Assembly: GCF_018977255.1 (NCBI RefSeq)
Contig: NW_024704742.1
Span: forward strand, 119,662,001-119,726,000
DNA length: 64,000 nt
From: Callorhinchus milii
Lineage: Eukaryota
Direction of reading: 5' to 3'
In this document: one piece after another, positions 51,642 through 62,593 of the stretch
How the letters are laid out: every line of letters begins with the position of its first letter
How positions within the stretch are numbered: the stretch's first letter is position 1
The notes under the pieces: generated by a model
The model's input: the letters and a program-made list of their open reading frames with translations, nothing else
Databases searched by the model: none
What the model was told of the DNA's origin: nothing
Translations under genes and position numbers: made by a program

Positions 51642-53785
51642 CTCTGCCTCCAACTGCCTTCATCACTCCTCTGCCTCCAACTGCCTTCATCACTCCTCTG
51701 CCTCCAACTGCCTTCATCACTCCTCTGCCTCCAACTGCCTTCATCACTCCTCTGCCTCCAACTGCCTTCATCACTCCTCTGCCTCCAACTGCCTTCATCA
51801 CTCCTCTGCCTCCAACTGCCTTCATCACTCCTCTGCCTCCAACTGCCTTCATCACTCCTCTGCCTCCAACTGCCTTCATCACTCCTCTGCCTCCAACTGC
51901 CTTCATCACTCCTCTGCCTCCAACTGCCTTCATCACTCCTCTGCCTCCAACTGCCTTCATCACTCCTCTGCCTCCAACTGCCTTCATCACTCCTCTGCCT
52001 CCAACTGCCTTCATCACTCCTCTGCCTCCAACTGCCTTCATCACTCCTCTGCCTCCAACTGCCTTCATCACTCCTCTGCCTCCAACTGCCTTCATCACTC
52101 CTCTGCCTCCAACTGCCTTCATCACTCCTCTGCCTCCAACTGCCTTCATCACTCCTCTGCCTCCAACTGCCTTCATCACTCCTCTGCCTCCAACTGCCTT
52201 CATCACTCCTCTGCCTCCAACTGCCTTCATCACTCCTCTGCCTCCAACTGCCTTCATCACTCCTCTGCCTCCAACTGCCTTCATCACTCCTCTGCCTCCA
52301 ACTGCCTTCATCACTCCTCTGCCTCCAACTGCCTTCATCACTCCTCTGCCTCCAACTGCCTTCATCACTCCTCTGCCTCCAACTGCCTTCATCACTCCTC
52401 TGCCTCCAACTGCCTTCATCACTCCTCTGCCTCCAACTGCCTTCATCACTCCTCTGCCTCCAACTGCCTTCATCACTCCTCTGCCTCCAACTGCCTTCAT
52501 CACTCCTCTGCCTCCAACTGCCTTCATCACTCCTCTGCCTCCAACTGCCTTCATCACTCCTCTGCCTCCAACTGCCTTCATCACTCCTCTGCCTCCAACT
52601 GCCTTCATCACTCCTCTGCCTCCAACTGCCTTCATCACTCCTCTGCCTCCAACTGCCTTCATCACTCCTCTGCCTCCAACTGCCTTCATCACTCCTCTGC
52701 CTCCAACTGCCTTCATCACTCCTCTGCCTCCAACTGCCTTCATCACTCCTCTGCCTCCAACTGCCTTCATCACTCCTCTGCCTCCAACTGCCTTCATCAC
52801 TCCTCTGCCTCCAACTGCCTTCATCACTCCTCTGCCTCCAACTGCCTTCATCACTCCTCTGCCTCCAACTGCCTTCATCACTCCTCTGCCTCCAACTGCC
52901 TTCATCACTCCTCTGCCTCCAACTGCCTTCATCACTCCTCTGCCTCCAACTGCCTTCATCACTCCTCTGCCTCCAACTGCCTTCATCACTCCTCTGCCTC
53001 CAACTGCCTTCATCACTCCTCTGCCTCCAACTGCCTTCATCACTCCTCTGCCTCCAACTGCCTTCATCACTCCTCTGCCTCCAACTGCCTTCATCACTCC
53101 TCTGCCTCCAACTGCCTTCATCACTCCTCTGCCTCCAACTGCCTTCATCACTCCTCTGCCTCCAACTGCCTTCATCACTCCTCTGCCTCCAACTGCCTTC
53201 ATCACTCCTCTGCCTCCAACTGCCTTCATCACTCCTCTGCCTCCAACTGCCTTCATCACTCCTCTGCCTCCAACTGCCTTCATCACTCCTCTGCCTCCAA
53301 CTGCCTTCATCACTCCTCTGCCTCCAACTGCCTTCATCACTCCTCTGCCTCCAACTGCCTTCATCACTCCTCTGCCTCCAACTGCCTTCATCACTCCTCT
53401 GCCTCCAACTGCCTTCATCACTCCTCTGCCTCCAACTGCCTTCATCACTCCTCTGCCTCCAACTGCCTTCATCACTCCTCTGCCTCCAACTGCCTTCATC
53501 ACTCCTCTGCCTCCAACTGCCTTCATCACTCCTCTGCCTCCAACTGCCTTCATCACTCCTCTGCCTCCAACTGCCTTCATCACTCCTCTGCCTCCAACTG
53601 CCTTCATCACTCCTCTGCCTCCAACTGGCTTCATCACTCCTCTGCCTCCAACTGCCTTCATCACTCCTCTGCCTCCAACTGCCTTCATCACTCCTCTGCC
53701 TCCAACTGCCTTCATCACTCCTCTGCCTCCAACTGCCTTCATCACTCCTCTGCCTCCAACTGCCTTCATCACTCCTCTGCCTCCA
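51642..53785. repeat. Minisatellite, 27-bp unit CTCTGCCTCCAACTGCCTTCATCACTC, ~79.4 copies
   Basis: Read directly; 2144 bp / 27; only one variant seen (C>G at 53628). It produces the spurious [18 protein letters not shown] and VGGRGVMKA ORFs. Confidence 0.98.
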
Positions 53786-53965
53786 TGCTCTTGGAAATTG
53801 CTGAGAGAAACTTGTTGCAAAACGACAGCTCCACAACACACAGACACACACACACACACACACAGAGTAAATTATTAAACAAATGCAACAGCAACGCACT
53901 GCAAAGCACTGATAGGAATGAACACAGAGGAAGAGAAGAAGCACCGAGTGTTGTGGTGTCAGTAA

Positions 53966-54218
53966 ATGACAGACAGACAACAGACACACAGACAGAGACA
54001 CAGACACACAGACAGACACAGACAAACATACACACACAGACAGACATACACCTACAGACAGACACACACACACAGACAGACACACAGACACACACACACA
54101 CAGACACACACATACACAGACACACACATACACACAGACACACACAGACCCATACACAGACATACACACAGATACACAGACACACAGACAGACACAGACA
54201 TAGACACAGACACAGACA
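53966..54218. repeat. Degenerate (CA)n/(CAGA)n microsatellite
   Basis: Direct reading of the sequence. Confidence 0.95.
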
Positions 54219-54326
54219 GAACCACTGAAGCAGCGGCAAGTCCAGACAGCCGGTGTTTACATGTTCGGGGCTCTCCAACACATGGCTGCGCTTTTCCATT
54301 CACTTTTACGCGTCAGGAATAACGGT

Positions 54327-54352
54327 GGAGAGAGGGAGAGAGAGAGAGACAC

Positions 54353-54389
<37 letters not shown>

Positions 54390-54394
54390 AAAAA
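54327..54394. repeat. (GA)n microsatellite plus A-tract just inside intron 1
   Basis: Direct reading of the sequence. Confidence 0.95.
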
Positions 54395-54413
54395 GTACAG
54401 TAAAGGCACAAAC

Positions 54414-54695
54414 CCGTTCACTTTCCTCCCCGTCTGCGCTCTGCGCCTCCCGGTCCCCGCTGTCCCCCCTCCGCCGCCGCCGCCGCCGCTGTGGGGGCTG
54501 TGAGCCGGGGCGGTCCGGGGGGCCCGGGGGGCCGGGGCGGTCCGGGGGGCCCGGGGGGCCGGGGCGGGCCGGGGGGCCCGGGGGGCCCGGGGGGCCGGGG
54601 CCGGGGGGGCCGGGGCTGCGCTCGCCCTCGGACAGGGTCTCGGACCCGCTTCCCGAAGTGTCCCTCTCGGGCAAGTCCTCAAGTTTGCTGTCCAT
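54414..54695 (-). CDS. Probable first coding exon (94 codons, MDSKLEDLPERDTSGSGSETLSEGERSPG...RRRRRRRGDSGDREAQSADGEESER) of an unidentified host gene; Ser/acidic, Gly-Pro-rich and poly-Arg disordered N-terminus
   Basis: ATG at 54695 in good Kozak context (gagaggATGG) within a CpG island; frame open to a plausible phase-0 donor CGG|GTTTGT (GT at 54413-54412), after which the frame runs into a microsatellite. Protein not recognised; the donor choice is inferred. Confidence 0.7.
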
Positions 54696-54756
54696 CCTCT
54701 CCCTCCGCCGCCCTCGGGCAGGAGAGCGCTATCAGCTGAACATGTCTGGTCTCCCC

Positions 54757-54796
54757 GTGTGTGTGTGTGTGTGTGTCTCTCTCACACACACACACA
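54757..54796. repeat. (GT)n-(CT)n-(CA)n compound microsatellite upstream of the ATG
   Basis: Direct reading; the GT and CA tracts are mutually complementary. Confidence 0.9.
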
Positions 54797-55024
54797 ACTT
54801 TGTGTGGTTGCAGTTCAAGCGCCGACCCCATCAGCCGAGGGAGACCCTCCTCTCCTCTCCTCCCTCTCCTCCCCCCTCCCACACCCCCTCAGCACATTGA
54901 CTGACACCACAAAAAGCTCCAATCGCCCTCCCGCAGCCACGCACTGGGGCGGTCCCCAACTGGTGACCACAGCTCAAAAATGCATCGAATATCGCAATGC
55001 TAATAATAATAATAATAATCCTAA

Positions 55025-55160
55025 TAGTAATAGTAATCCTTGCACCTGATGCAGCGCCCGATCGCGGCGTCGAGACGCCTCGAAGCGCTTCGCGCGCTAC
55101 ACTGCGAAGCGAATTGACTGTGTGTTTTGCGGGTGAAACGCGGCAGCCCGTTGACTCTGC
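55025..55160 (-). mobile_element. SINE 3' half embedded in the CpG island, CpG-enriched
   Basis: Colinear with the SINE tail (TAATCCTTGCA...GAATTGACTGT...CGCGGCAGCC) but with many extra CpGs. Confidence 0.8.
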
Positions 55161-55246
55161 AACGCGCTTTCCTTCTTTGCGTTTGGTGGTGTGGCTGCCA
55201 GCTGACAACTTCCCGGACTGACCGACCGACTGGCTTTATTCCCTGT

Positions 55247-55690
55247 GTCAGCCCGGCTCAGTTGGCAGGACTCTCGGTTGTGGGTTCAAGATCCACCTCC
55301 GGACATTGAGCTCACAGTCTCGTCTGACACTCCAGTGCGTCGTCGCGGAGGGGGTTGCTGCATTGTCGGAGGTGCCAGCCTTTGGTTGGGATGTTAAATC
55401 GAGGTCCCACCTGCTTGTTTGGGTGGACATTAATGATCCAATGGCACTATTCAGAAAGAAAAGGGAATTTCTCCTGGTGTCCAGCACCTTGGGAGGTCTC
55501 CAGACATGAAATACGCTACTTAAATGCAATTTGTTGTTGCTGTTGTTGTTGTCCTGGCCAGCAAAGTCCGCCCCCCCCCCCCCCCCCACAGTCCCCCTCA
55601 AAAATTGGTTAATTCACTTCATGGTTGTTTGTAGGACATCGCTGTGGCGCAAATTAGCTACTGTGGTTTTTCTACAAAATACTGCACACA
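55247..55690 (+). mobile_element. SINE family B (resembles shark SacSINE1/DeuSINE type), with nested L2 tail at 55483-55549
   Basis: Head GGCTCAGTTGGCAG...GGGTTCAAGATCC, body GCTGCATTGTCGGAGGTGCC...GTTAAATCGAGGTCCC...GGCACTATT, then the central domain shared with family A. Confidence 0.85.
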
Positions 55691-56002
55691 GTTACAGTGG
55701 TGTTTTGGGGGAAGAACTTAGAAATACTGGAATTAAGAGTCATTGATATACGGGAAACTGGTGATGTTATCAGAGTAAAGCAAGTGCATTAGTGGTAGTT
55801 CATTTCTGTCACATCTTTAAGCCACTCTCACAGGAGAAAGACACAATGTCTGGAATTAAGACAGCTTCCATTAGTTCCATTCTCACAGAGGTGACATAAT
55901 GTCAATTGTAAACAGAGGCCCATTAGCATGTATGTGTTAATTGGGCTTCCAGTTCTTACTTTTACAATCTTAGATATAAAAATTCTGTTTCATAGTGTAT
56001 AA

Positions 56003-57386
56003 TTTCTTTCTCGCCATTCCCTCTTTGAACCTCTCCAATCCACCTTCCGCGCTGCCCACAGCACGGAAACAGCCCTGGTCAAAGTCACTAATGACATTCT
56101 GAACATCTGTGATCAGGGCTCCCTCTATCTCCTTGTCCTCCTCGACCTCTCTGCCGCCTTCAACACTGTTGACCACTCCATCTTCATACACCACCTCTCC
56201 GCTTTACTCAATCTTCACAGACCTGCCCTTGCCTGGTTTGATTCCTATCTCTCTCATCGTCTTCACATTGTTGCCTCAAACGGTTTCTCCTCCAGCCCCC
56301 GCACTGTCACGACTAGCATCCCCCAGGGCTCTGTCCTTGGCCCTCTCCTCTTTAATATCTACATGCTCCCCCTTGATGACATCATCCGCAGATATGGGGT
56401 CAACTTCCACATGTATGCGAATGACACCCAACTCTATCTTTCTGCCTCCACACGCAACTCCAGGACCACTGCTGTCCTGACAGACTGCCTGTCGGACATC
56501 AAGTCCTGGATGAGGGCAAATTTCCTACAGTTGAATGTGAACAAGACTGAGGCCCTCCTGATTGGCTCATACCAGCGCCTCAGCACCTCAGGCTCTGGCA
56601 ACATCAACCTCCATGGCTGCACACTCCAACTCACCAAGTCAGTCAGGAACCTCGGTGTCTTGTTCAACCCTCAACTGTCTTTTCTTCCCCACATCCAAGC
56701 CATGATCCGCTCTGCCTTCCTTCACCTCCGAAACATTGCCCGACTCCACCGCTACCTCACCCCTCAGGCCGCTGAAACTCTTGTTTATAGCTTCGTCACC
56801 TCCAGGCTCAACTATACAAACGCCCTGCTTGTCGACCTTCCCAACTCCTCCCTCCACAGGCTGCAGGTAATCCAGAACTCTGCAGCCCGTGTCCTCTCCC
56901 GCACCAAACTCCGTGACCCCCATCTCCCCCATTCTCGCCCAACTCCATTGGCTCCCTATCCTTCAGAGGATCCAGTTCAAGATCCTGGTCCTCACATACA
57001 AGCCCTCCACAGCCTCGACCCACCCTACCTCTGCGACCTCCTAACCCCCTACCAACCCGCCCGTTCCCTCCGCTCAGCTGGCTCCAGCCTGCTCCAAGTC
57101 CCCCAACCCACCCGCCCCACCATTGGCGGGAGAGCCTTCAGCCACTCTGCCCCCAACCTCTGGAATTCCATCCCCCAGTCACTCTGCCTCTCCCCCTCCT
57201 TAGCCTCCTTCAAGTCCTGCCTCAAGACCCTCCTCTTCGACTATGCCATCGGCCATTCCACTTCCCCTCCCCTCCCTTCTCCCCCCTGACCCCAGCTCGG
57301 GTCTGAAATGCTTACTCTGTCCACCACCTTGGGACATCCTCCCAACTTAGAAAGGCGCTATACCAATGTAATCTTGTTGTTGTTGT
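56003..57386 (+). mobile_element. L2-clade LINE, 5'-truncated: ORF2 reverse-transcriptase C-terminal part, 3'UTR and (GTT)n tail
   Basis: Translations include HSTETALVKVTNDIL, PQGSVLGPLLFNIYM, HMYANDTQLY (YADD mutated to YAND), [20 protein letters not shown] and GGRAFSHSAPNLWNSIP; frameshifted and inactive. Confidence 0.95.
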
Positions 57387-58726
57387 ATAATCTAAATACA
57401 GTGGAACCATGTTAACCCCCTTCTAATGTTGATTTCTTTATGATGAGGAAGTCTTATGGACTCGTGTTCAGCTTATGAGAGTGTACCTGATAGCTTCCCA
57501 CATCGCTACTAGCTTGCACATGCTAAAAAATACCCAATTTCTGGATTATCAAGTTGCCAACGATGTCCCTTCCTACGTGCTATGTACATGTGCTATGTGT
57601 ACTGTGCAGGAAGTGTGAGCAGCAAAATGAACAGGGGAAAAGTCAATCAGCCAGCCAGCCTTTCCACACATATGTGCAGAGATGTCACTAGTCGTGGTAA
57701 CATAACATGCAGAAATGCCGACTGCCGATCACACCGTTTTATAATGCTTAGTCAGGATTTTATGGACCTCGACTAACACATTATAATGTATCTCTATTGT
57801 TCAACAGGGTAAAAGCTTTGAAGTAGGAAATGTTTGATGTATAAGTCTTACTTGAAGTTATATTTATTGAAATGTCTTGTGAGTTAATTAGTAAATATAC
57901 TTCAAAGGCTCATGTTACAAATGCACCCAAGGGGGAAGGAGGGTTAAACAACTAAAGCAGGTCTTAAATACTGAATCACAATTACCAGATACAATTGGAT
58001 AGTTTTATCAAAAAGTAATTTACCAAATTTTTGCTTTGTAATAATAATAATCCTTGCATTTGATAAAGGGCATTATCATGTCAGTAAGATGTCTCAAAGT
58101 ACTTTACAGGATATGCTATTAAGTGGTGTACTGTGTGTATTTTGTGTACAAACACAGAAGCCAATTTGCACACAGCAATATCCTACGAACAATTAGGGAA
58201 TGAGTGACCTTTTTTTTTAATTCTGGGGGATTGTTAGCCAGGACACTGGGAGAAAGATTACAGAGGCTAAAACAGAAGTATTCCTTTAAAAAGGCAGTAT
58301 TGCTAAAGTTCGTGATAGTCTTCGTTTAAAACACAATATTGGTATTGTTTTCCACTTATTCATGCAAACACTTAGCTACATATCTAAGGCACACATTTCC
58401 ATAGCAATTTGTCAAGATAAGGTAAAAGGGTTGTGAATACTTCAGAACACCAAAAAATTATGTCACCTACTAAAAGAACCTGTGATGGCATTGCGCTCCC
58501 AGGCTAGGTTTGCCATTTTACCATTAGCTTTAAAGGGAAAGTATTTGAAAAGAAAAGCCTAATATAGGCCAACCACTTTATAAAGTGGTATTCTGGATTA
58601 AAAAATATTAGACCAGGTTGTCAGCTTGGTGCTCACGTGACTTCCAGCATGCGGTGGTGACTGGCAGCAACCAAACTCATGTGTATTTTAGCACTAGAAA
58701 TATTCACGAGAATGGTCAAGCTGACC

Positions 58727-59618
58727 AACAACAACAACAACAAGATTACATTGGTATAGTGCCTTTCATGTCGGGAGGACGTCCCAAGGTGCTGGACAGT
58801 GTACAGCATATCAGACCCGAGCTGGGGTCAGTGGGGGAGAAGGGAGGGGAGGGGAAGGAGGTTGACCGATGGTATGGTCGAAGAGGAGGTTCTTGAGCCG
58901 GGATTTGAATGAGGCTAAGGAGGGGGAAAGGTGGAGTGATTGGAGAATGGAATTCCAGAGGTTGGGGGCAGAGTGGCTGAAGGCTCTCCCGCCAATGGTG
59001 GGGCGGGTGGGTCGGGGGATGTGGAGCAGGCCAGAGCCGGCTGAGCAGAGGGAGCGGGCGGGTTGGTAGGGGGTTAGGAGATCGCAGAGGTAGGGTGGGG
59101 CGAGGCCGGGGAGGGCTTCGTGTGAGGACCAGGATTTTGAACTGGATCCTCTGAAGGACAGGGAGCCAATGGAGTTGGGTGAGAATGGCGGAGATGGGGT
59201 CACGGAGCTCTGGATTATCTGCAGTCTGTGGAGGGAGGAGTTGGGAATGCTGGCAAGCAGGGTGTTTGCATAGTTGAGCCTGGAGGTGACGAAGCTATGA
59301 ACAAGTGTATCAGTGTCCTGAGGGGTGAGGTAGTGGCGGAGTAGGGTGATGTTACGGCGGTGAGGGAAGGCAGAGCGGGTCATGGCTTGGATGTGGGGAA
59401 GAAAAGACAGTTGAGGGTTGAACAAGACACCGAGGTTCCTGACTGACTTGGGGAGTTGTAGTGTGCAACATGGAGGTTGATGTTGCCAGAGCCTGAGGTG
59501 CTGAGGCGCTGGTACGAGCCAATCAGGAGGGCCTCAGTCTTGTTCACATTCAACTGTAGCAAATGTTCCCTCATCCAGGACTTGATGTCCGTCAGACAGT
59601 CTGTCAGGACAGCAGTGG
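58727..59618 (-). mobile_element. L2-clade LINE 3' fragment, same subfamily as 56003-57386, inverted
   Basis: Near-identical translation (LQLNVNKTEALLIGSYQRLSTSGSGNINLH; GGRAFSHSAPNLWNS); (CAA)n tail at 58727. Confidence 0.95.
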
Positions 59619-60189
59619 TAGACAGCTTTCTGTGTGCTTCAGCCCTATACAGAAAGCCAGTAAGTCAGCAGACGGGACAGACATGTATTGTACAGGACAC
59701 CAGTGTTATATGCAAACTCGCATTCTGGCAAAGAGCTTAATACAGGAGTCATATTTTGTGATGTGGTTTATTATTAGAAATTTCTGTTTCATATCGTAAC
59801 ATATTGACCCCAATGAATGAACTGTCAGAAAGCTAGGTCAAGATTACCTCATAAAATATTAGTCTATCATGGAGTCTGGTTTCCCTGGAGAAAACACTGT
59901 TTGCATCATGGTGTTCTTGTTGCTAGCCACGTGACAGTTATGTAACTGGAGTGCTTTTTAGACGCCACTGTGAATAATAATAATAATCCTTGCATTTGAT
60001 CTAGCATGACCCAACTGTGCAGCCCCTTGGGACGTCCTCCTGACGTGAAAGGCGCTTTATAAATGGAATCTTGATGTTGTTGTTGTTGTTGCACCTTATC
60101 ATGTTATTGACATCTCAAAGCACTTCACAGAATATTTAGCAAAGTGAATTGACTGTATATTTTGTGGGAAAATGAAAGTTAAATGCGTA

Positions 60190-60705
60190 CTTCCTAAATA
60201 ATCCAAGAAACAAAATCTTTGCTTTGATAAACCAAAGGTATGATCCTCAATGAAAACTATAAACTCAATGAAAACTGCTTCCATCTGGAGATTAAACAAT
60301 GGCATCAGTAACTATGCTGTTAGAGCAAATCCCTTGTTACCATTGCTCCAACGTTGAAGCTTTCCTGCAGCTTTAAAAACATTTGAGATTGATGAAGCAT
60401 GCAATATGTACGCATCATTGTGGAAACAGGACCACAGCAATTGACATATAAAATTGTGCCTTTGGCATCGCGTATCATTTGGACATTCACTGAGAAAAAG
60501 CCTTTTCTGTTCAGGTATCCCACTGGTTGCAAGATCCTGCACAAATTGCAATGAGTTTACATTCAGATAACGTGTAGATATTCAACAATGTTGCAACTGA
60601 TGGTTGGATCTTCTTACTGAATTGAATGTATGCCTTATATATAAAACATTACTGGCTTATCAAATGACCATGCACAGAGAGAACTGACTAATTGCTCCTA
60701 TTTCA
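60190..60705 (-). pseudogene. Decayed PIF/Harbinger (HARBI1-like) DDE transposase fragment
   Basis: Ordered motifs across frameshifts: GAISQFS, ECKLIAI (DCTHI-like), YLNRKGFFSVNVQMIRD, HNDAYIL..SSI, GNKGFAL (GDxG[YF]-like), LLMP, IEDHTFGLSKQRFCFLD (IERxFGxLKxRFRCLD-like). Confidence 0.85.
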
Positions 60706-61744
60706 ACCTCAAGGCCTCAGAATGAACTCAACAAGCAAAGCCCCTAATACGTCAAGACAGGACTAAGTAGCCCAGAGCAATTTAGAGTCAGCTGTTACTG
60801 CAACAGAGTCAGGGTGACTTTTGACAATGACAATTAAGGCTGTTATTTCATCAGATGTCAAGGGCAGAAGGTGCCAGACATTATGCAGTAAGTACACATT
60901 GACCTGATAGCTGATGATCGATTACCATTTTTAGAAAACATCTTTTTATTTTCGTAAAATTACCTCTAAACTGAGACCATGAACTTTCAGTTTCTTTTTT
61001 TTAAAGTTCCACTCCGTGGAAGGATGTCACAAATATTCAGTATTAATAATAAAACTACATAATTCTTTCATTTATCCTTTTCTTATTCACTCTAAATAAG
61101 ATTAAAGGTTTAATCTCTAAATTAAAAAAAGGGTCAACAAGATTGGAATTTATTTGAAAATGAAATAACACAGTTGACCACTGTGGAGCAATAATTTGTT
61201 GGTGCAATAATATTAAATGAGTAATAGAGTAATATTCTTCCAGCATAATGCTTCTACCAGCAGTTTTAGTTGAGACCTTGGGAAACTCACCACCAGAGTC
61301 CATCTTCTATCTATCTTCTTCTCTCTCTCTCTCTATATATATACTAATAAAACAACAATGTCTGCCTGGGCTTCAAGTGGCCATGCTGGATGACTGTGGG
61401 ACTGTGGCATCCTGCGTCACAGAGCACGCAAGTAGCCAAGTGGCAGAACCAAAATTAAGAACACAGACTAAGCTAAGCCACGACAACAACAACAAAATTA
61501 AATTTTTAAAGTGCCAAGTTCTCCCACTGAGTCCTCCCAAAAGGAGTTCTCCCACAGGAGTCCTCCCAGCTGAATATAAAGACAATGTCTGCCTGTGTGT
61601 CTGTCTGTATGTCAATCTACATTCCATATTGGATCCTTTGGTTGTAAGCATAGCTGCAACGGATACAACTAGTTGTAAATATATCACTTGAAACTGGAAT
61701 CTGAGAGCACAACTCTGAATTCAGATTCAGCCTTTGTTGCCAGA

Positions 61745-62180
61745 TAATAATAATAATCCTTGCATTTGATATAGCACCTTATTACATCTTCCAGACGTCG
61801 CAAGGCACTTCACAGATTATACTGTAACATGAATTGAATGTATATTTTGTGGGCGAAACCTGCAGCCAATTGCACACAGTAGTGTCATGCAAACAGTTGT
61901 GAATTGAGTGATCAACAACAACAAAATTACATTTATAGAGCGCCTTTCACACAGGGAGGAAGTCCCAAAGTGCTGAAGATCAAATTATTTTTTTAAGGGA
62001 TTAGTACCCTGGAAAAGTGATCCACCAATCAACTAACAAATGGGTTCCTACTTACCGGTATGTAAACAGAAGCTTGTGGAGTAAGGAAACTTGCCTAACG
62101 TTTCACCCTGCTTGGGAATCGAACCTAGTTACTCTCGCTTGCGAGGTGAGCGCTCTAACCAATATACTACAGGACTCCAC
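61745..62180 (-). mobile_element. SINE family A, long form, with nested 62-bp L2 tail (61916-61977)
   Basis: Head and tail match family A; the insert is flanked by a GATCAA duplication. Confidence 0.9.
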
Positions 62181-62310
62181 AAATCTGCCAATCTATCACT
62201 AAGAAGTTATAAATAGTACTACACTTCTATGATGATTGGCAGAATAATTCAGGTTATTCAAGCCCTACACATTACACATAAGTTTTGCTTAAAACTGTAA
62301 CCTATTAACA

Positions 62311-62593
62311 GGAGTCATGTAGCTCAGTGGTTAGAGCATTCACCTCACAACCAAAAGACCTGGATTCAATTCCTGACAGGGCAAAACCTTGAGCAAGTTT
62401 CGTTACTCCACACACCTGATAATAATCCCTCACTTCGATCCATGAGTGTTTGTGGGACACGACTGTGCACAATTGGCTGCCGTATTTTGCCCACAAATAT
62501 AGTCAATTCACTTTACAGTATATTCTGTGAAGTGCTTTGAGATGTTTAGAAGACGTGAAAAGTGCTATATCAAATGCAAAGATTATTATTATT
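62311..62593 (+). mobile_element. SINE family A copy
   Basis: GGAGTCATGTAGCTCAGTGGTTAGAGCA head, central domain, (ATT)n tail. Confidence 0.9.

Larger units (their letters stand above)
54420..55400. promoter_or_regulatory. CpG island / promoter of the minus-strand gene
   Basis: Very high GC and CpG density against an AT-rich, CpG-poor background; CCAAT at 54919-54923 and GC box GGGGCGG at 54946-54952 upstream of the ATG; no obvious TATA box. Confidence 0.8.

Noticed and set aside
51642..53785. CRISPR array
   Set aside because: The units are head-to-tail with no unique spacers, there are no cas genes, and the context is vertebrate.
51560..54169. Three very long ORFs (772, 848 and 741 aa)
   Set aside because: They arise from a stop-free 27-bp tandem unit plus dinucleotide repeats; there is no synonymous variation between units and no domain content.
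54507..54613. Collagen gene
   Set aside because: The Gly-X-Y register is short and broken (ARP/DRP triplets); there is no signal peptide and no further collagen-like exons.
54253..54900. Plus-strand 215-aa ORF across the CpG island
   Set aside because: It is the antisense shadow of the GC-rich exon, includes microsatellite-encoded runs, and has no supporting splice or start context.
56363..57289. Functional reverse transcriptase gene (308-aa ORF)
   Set aside because: It is a 5'-truncated L2 fragment with YADD changed to YAND and internal frameshifts.
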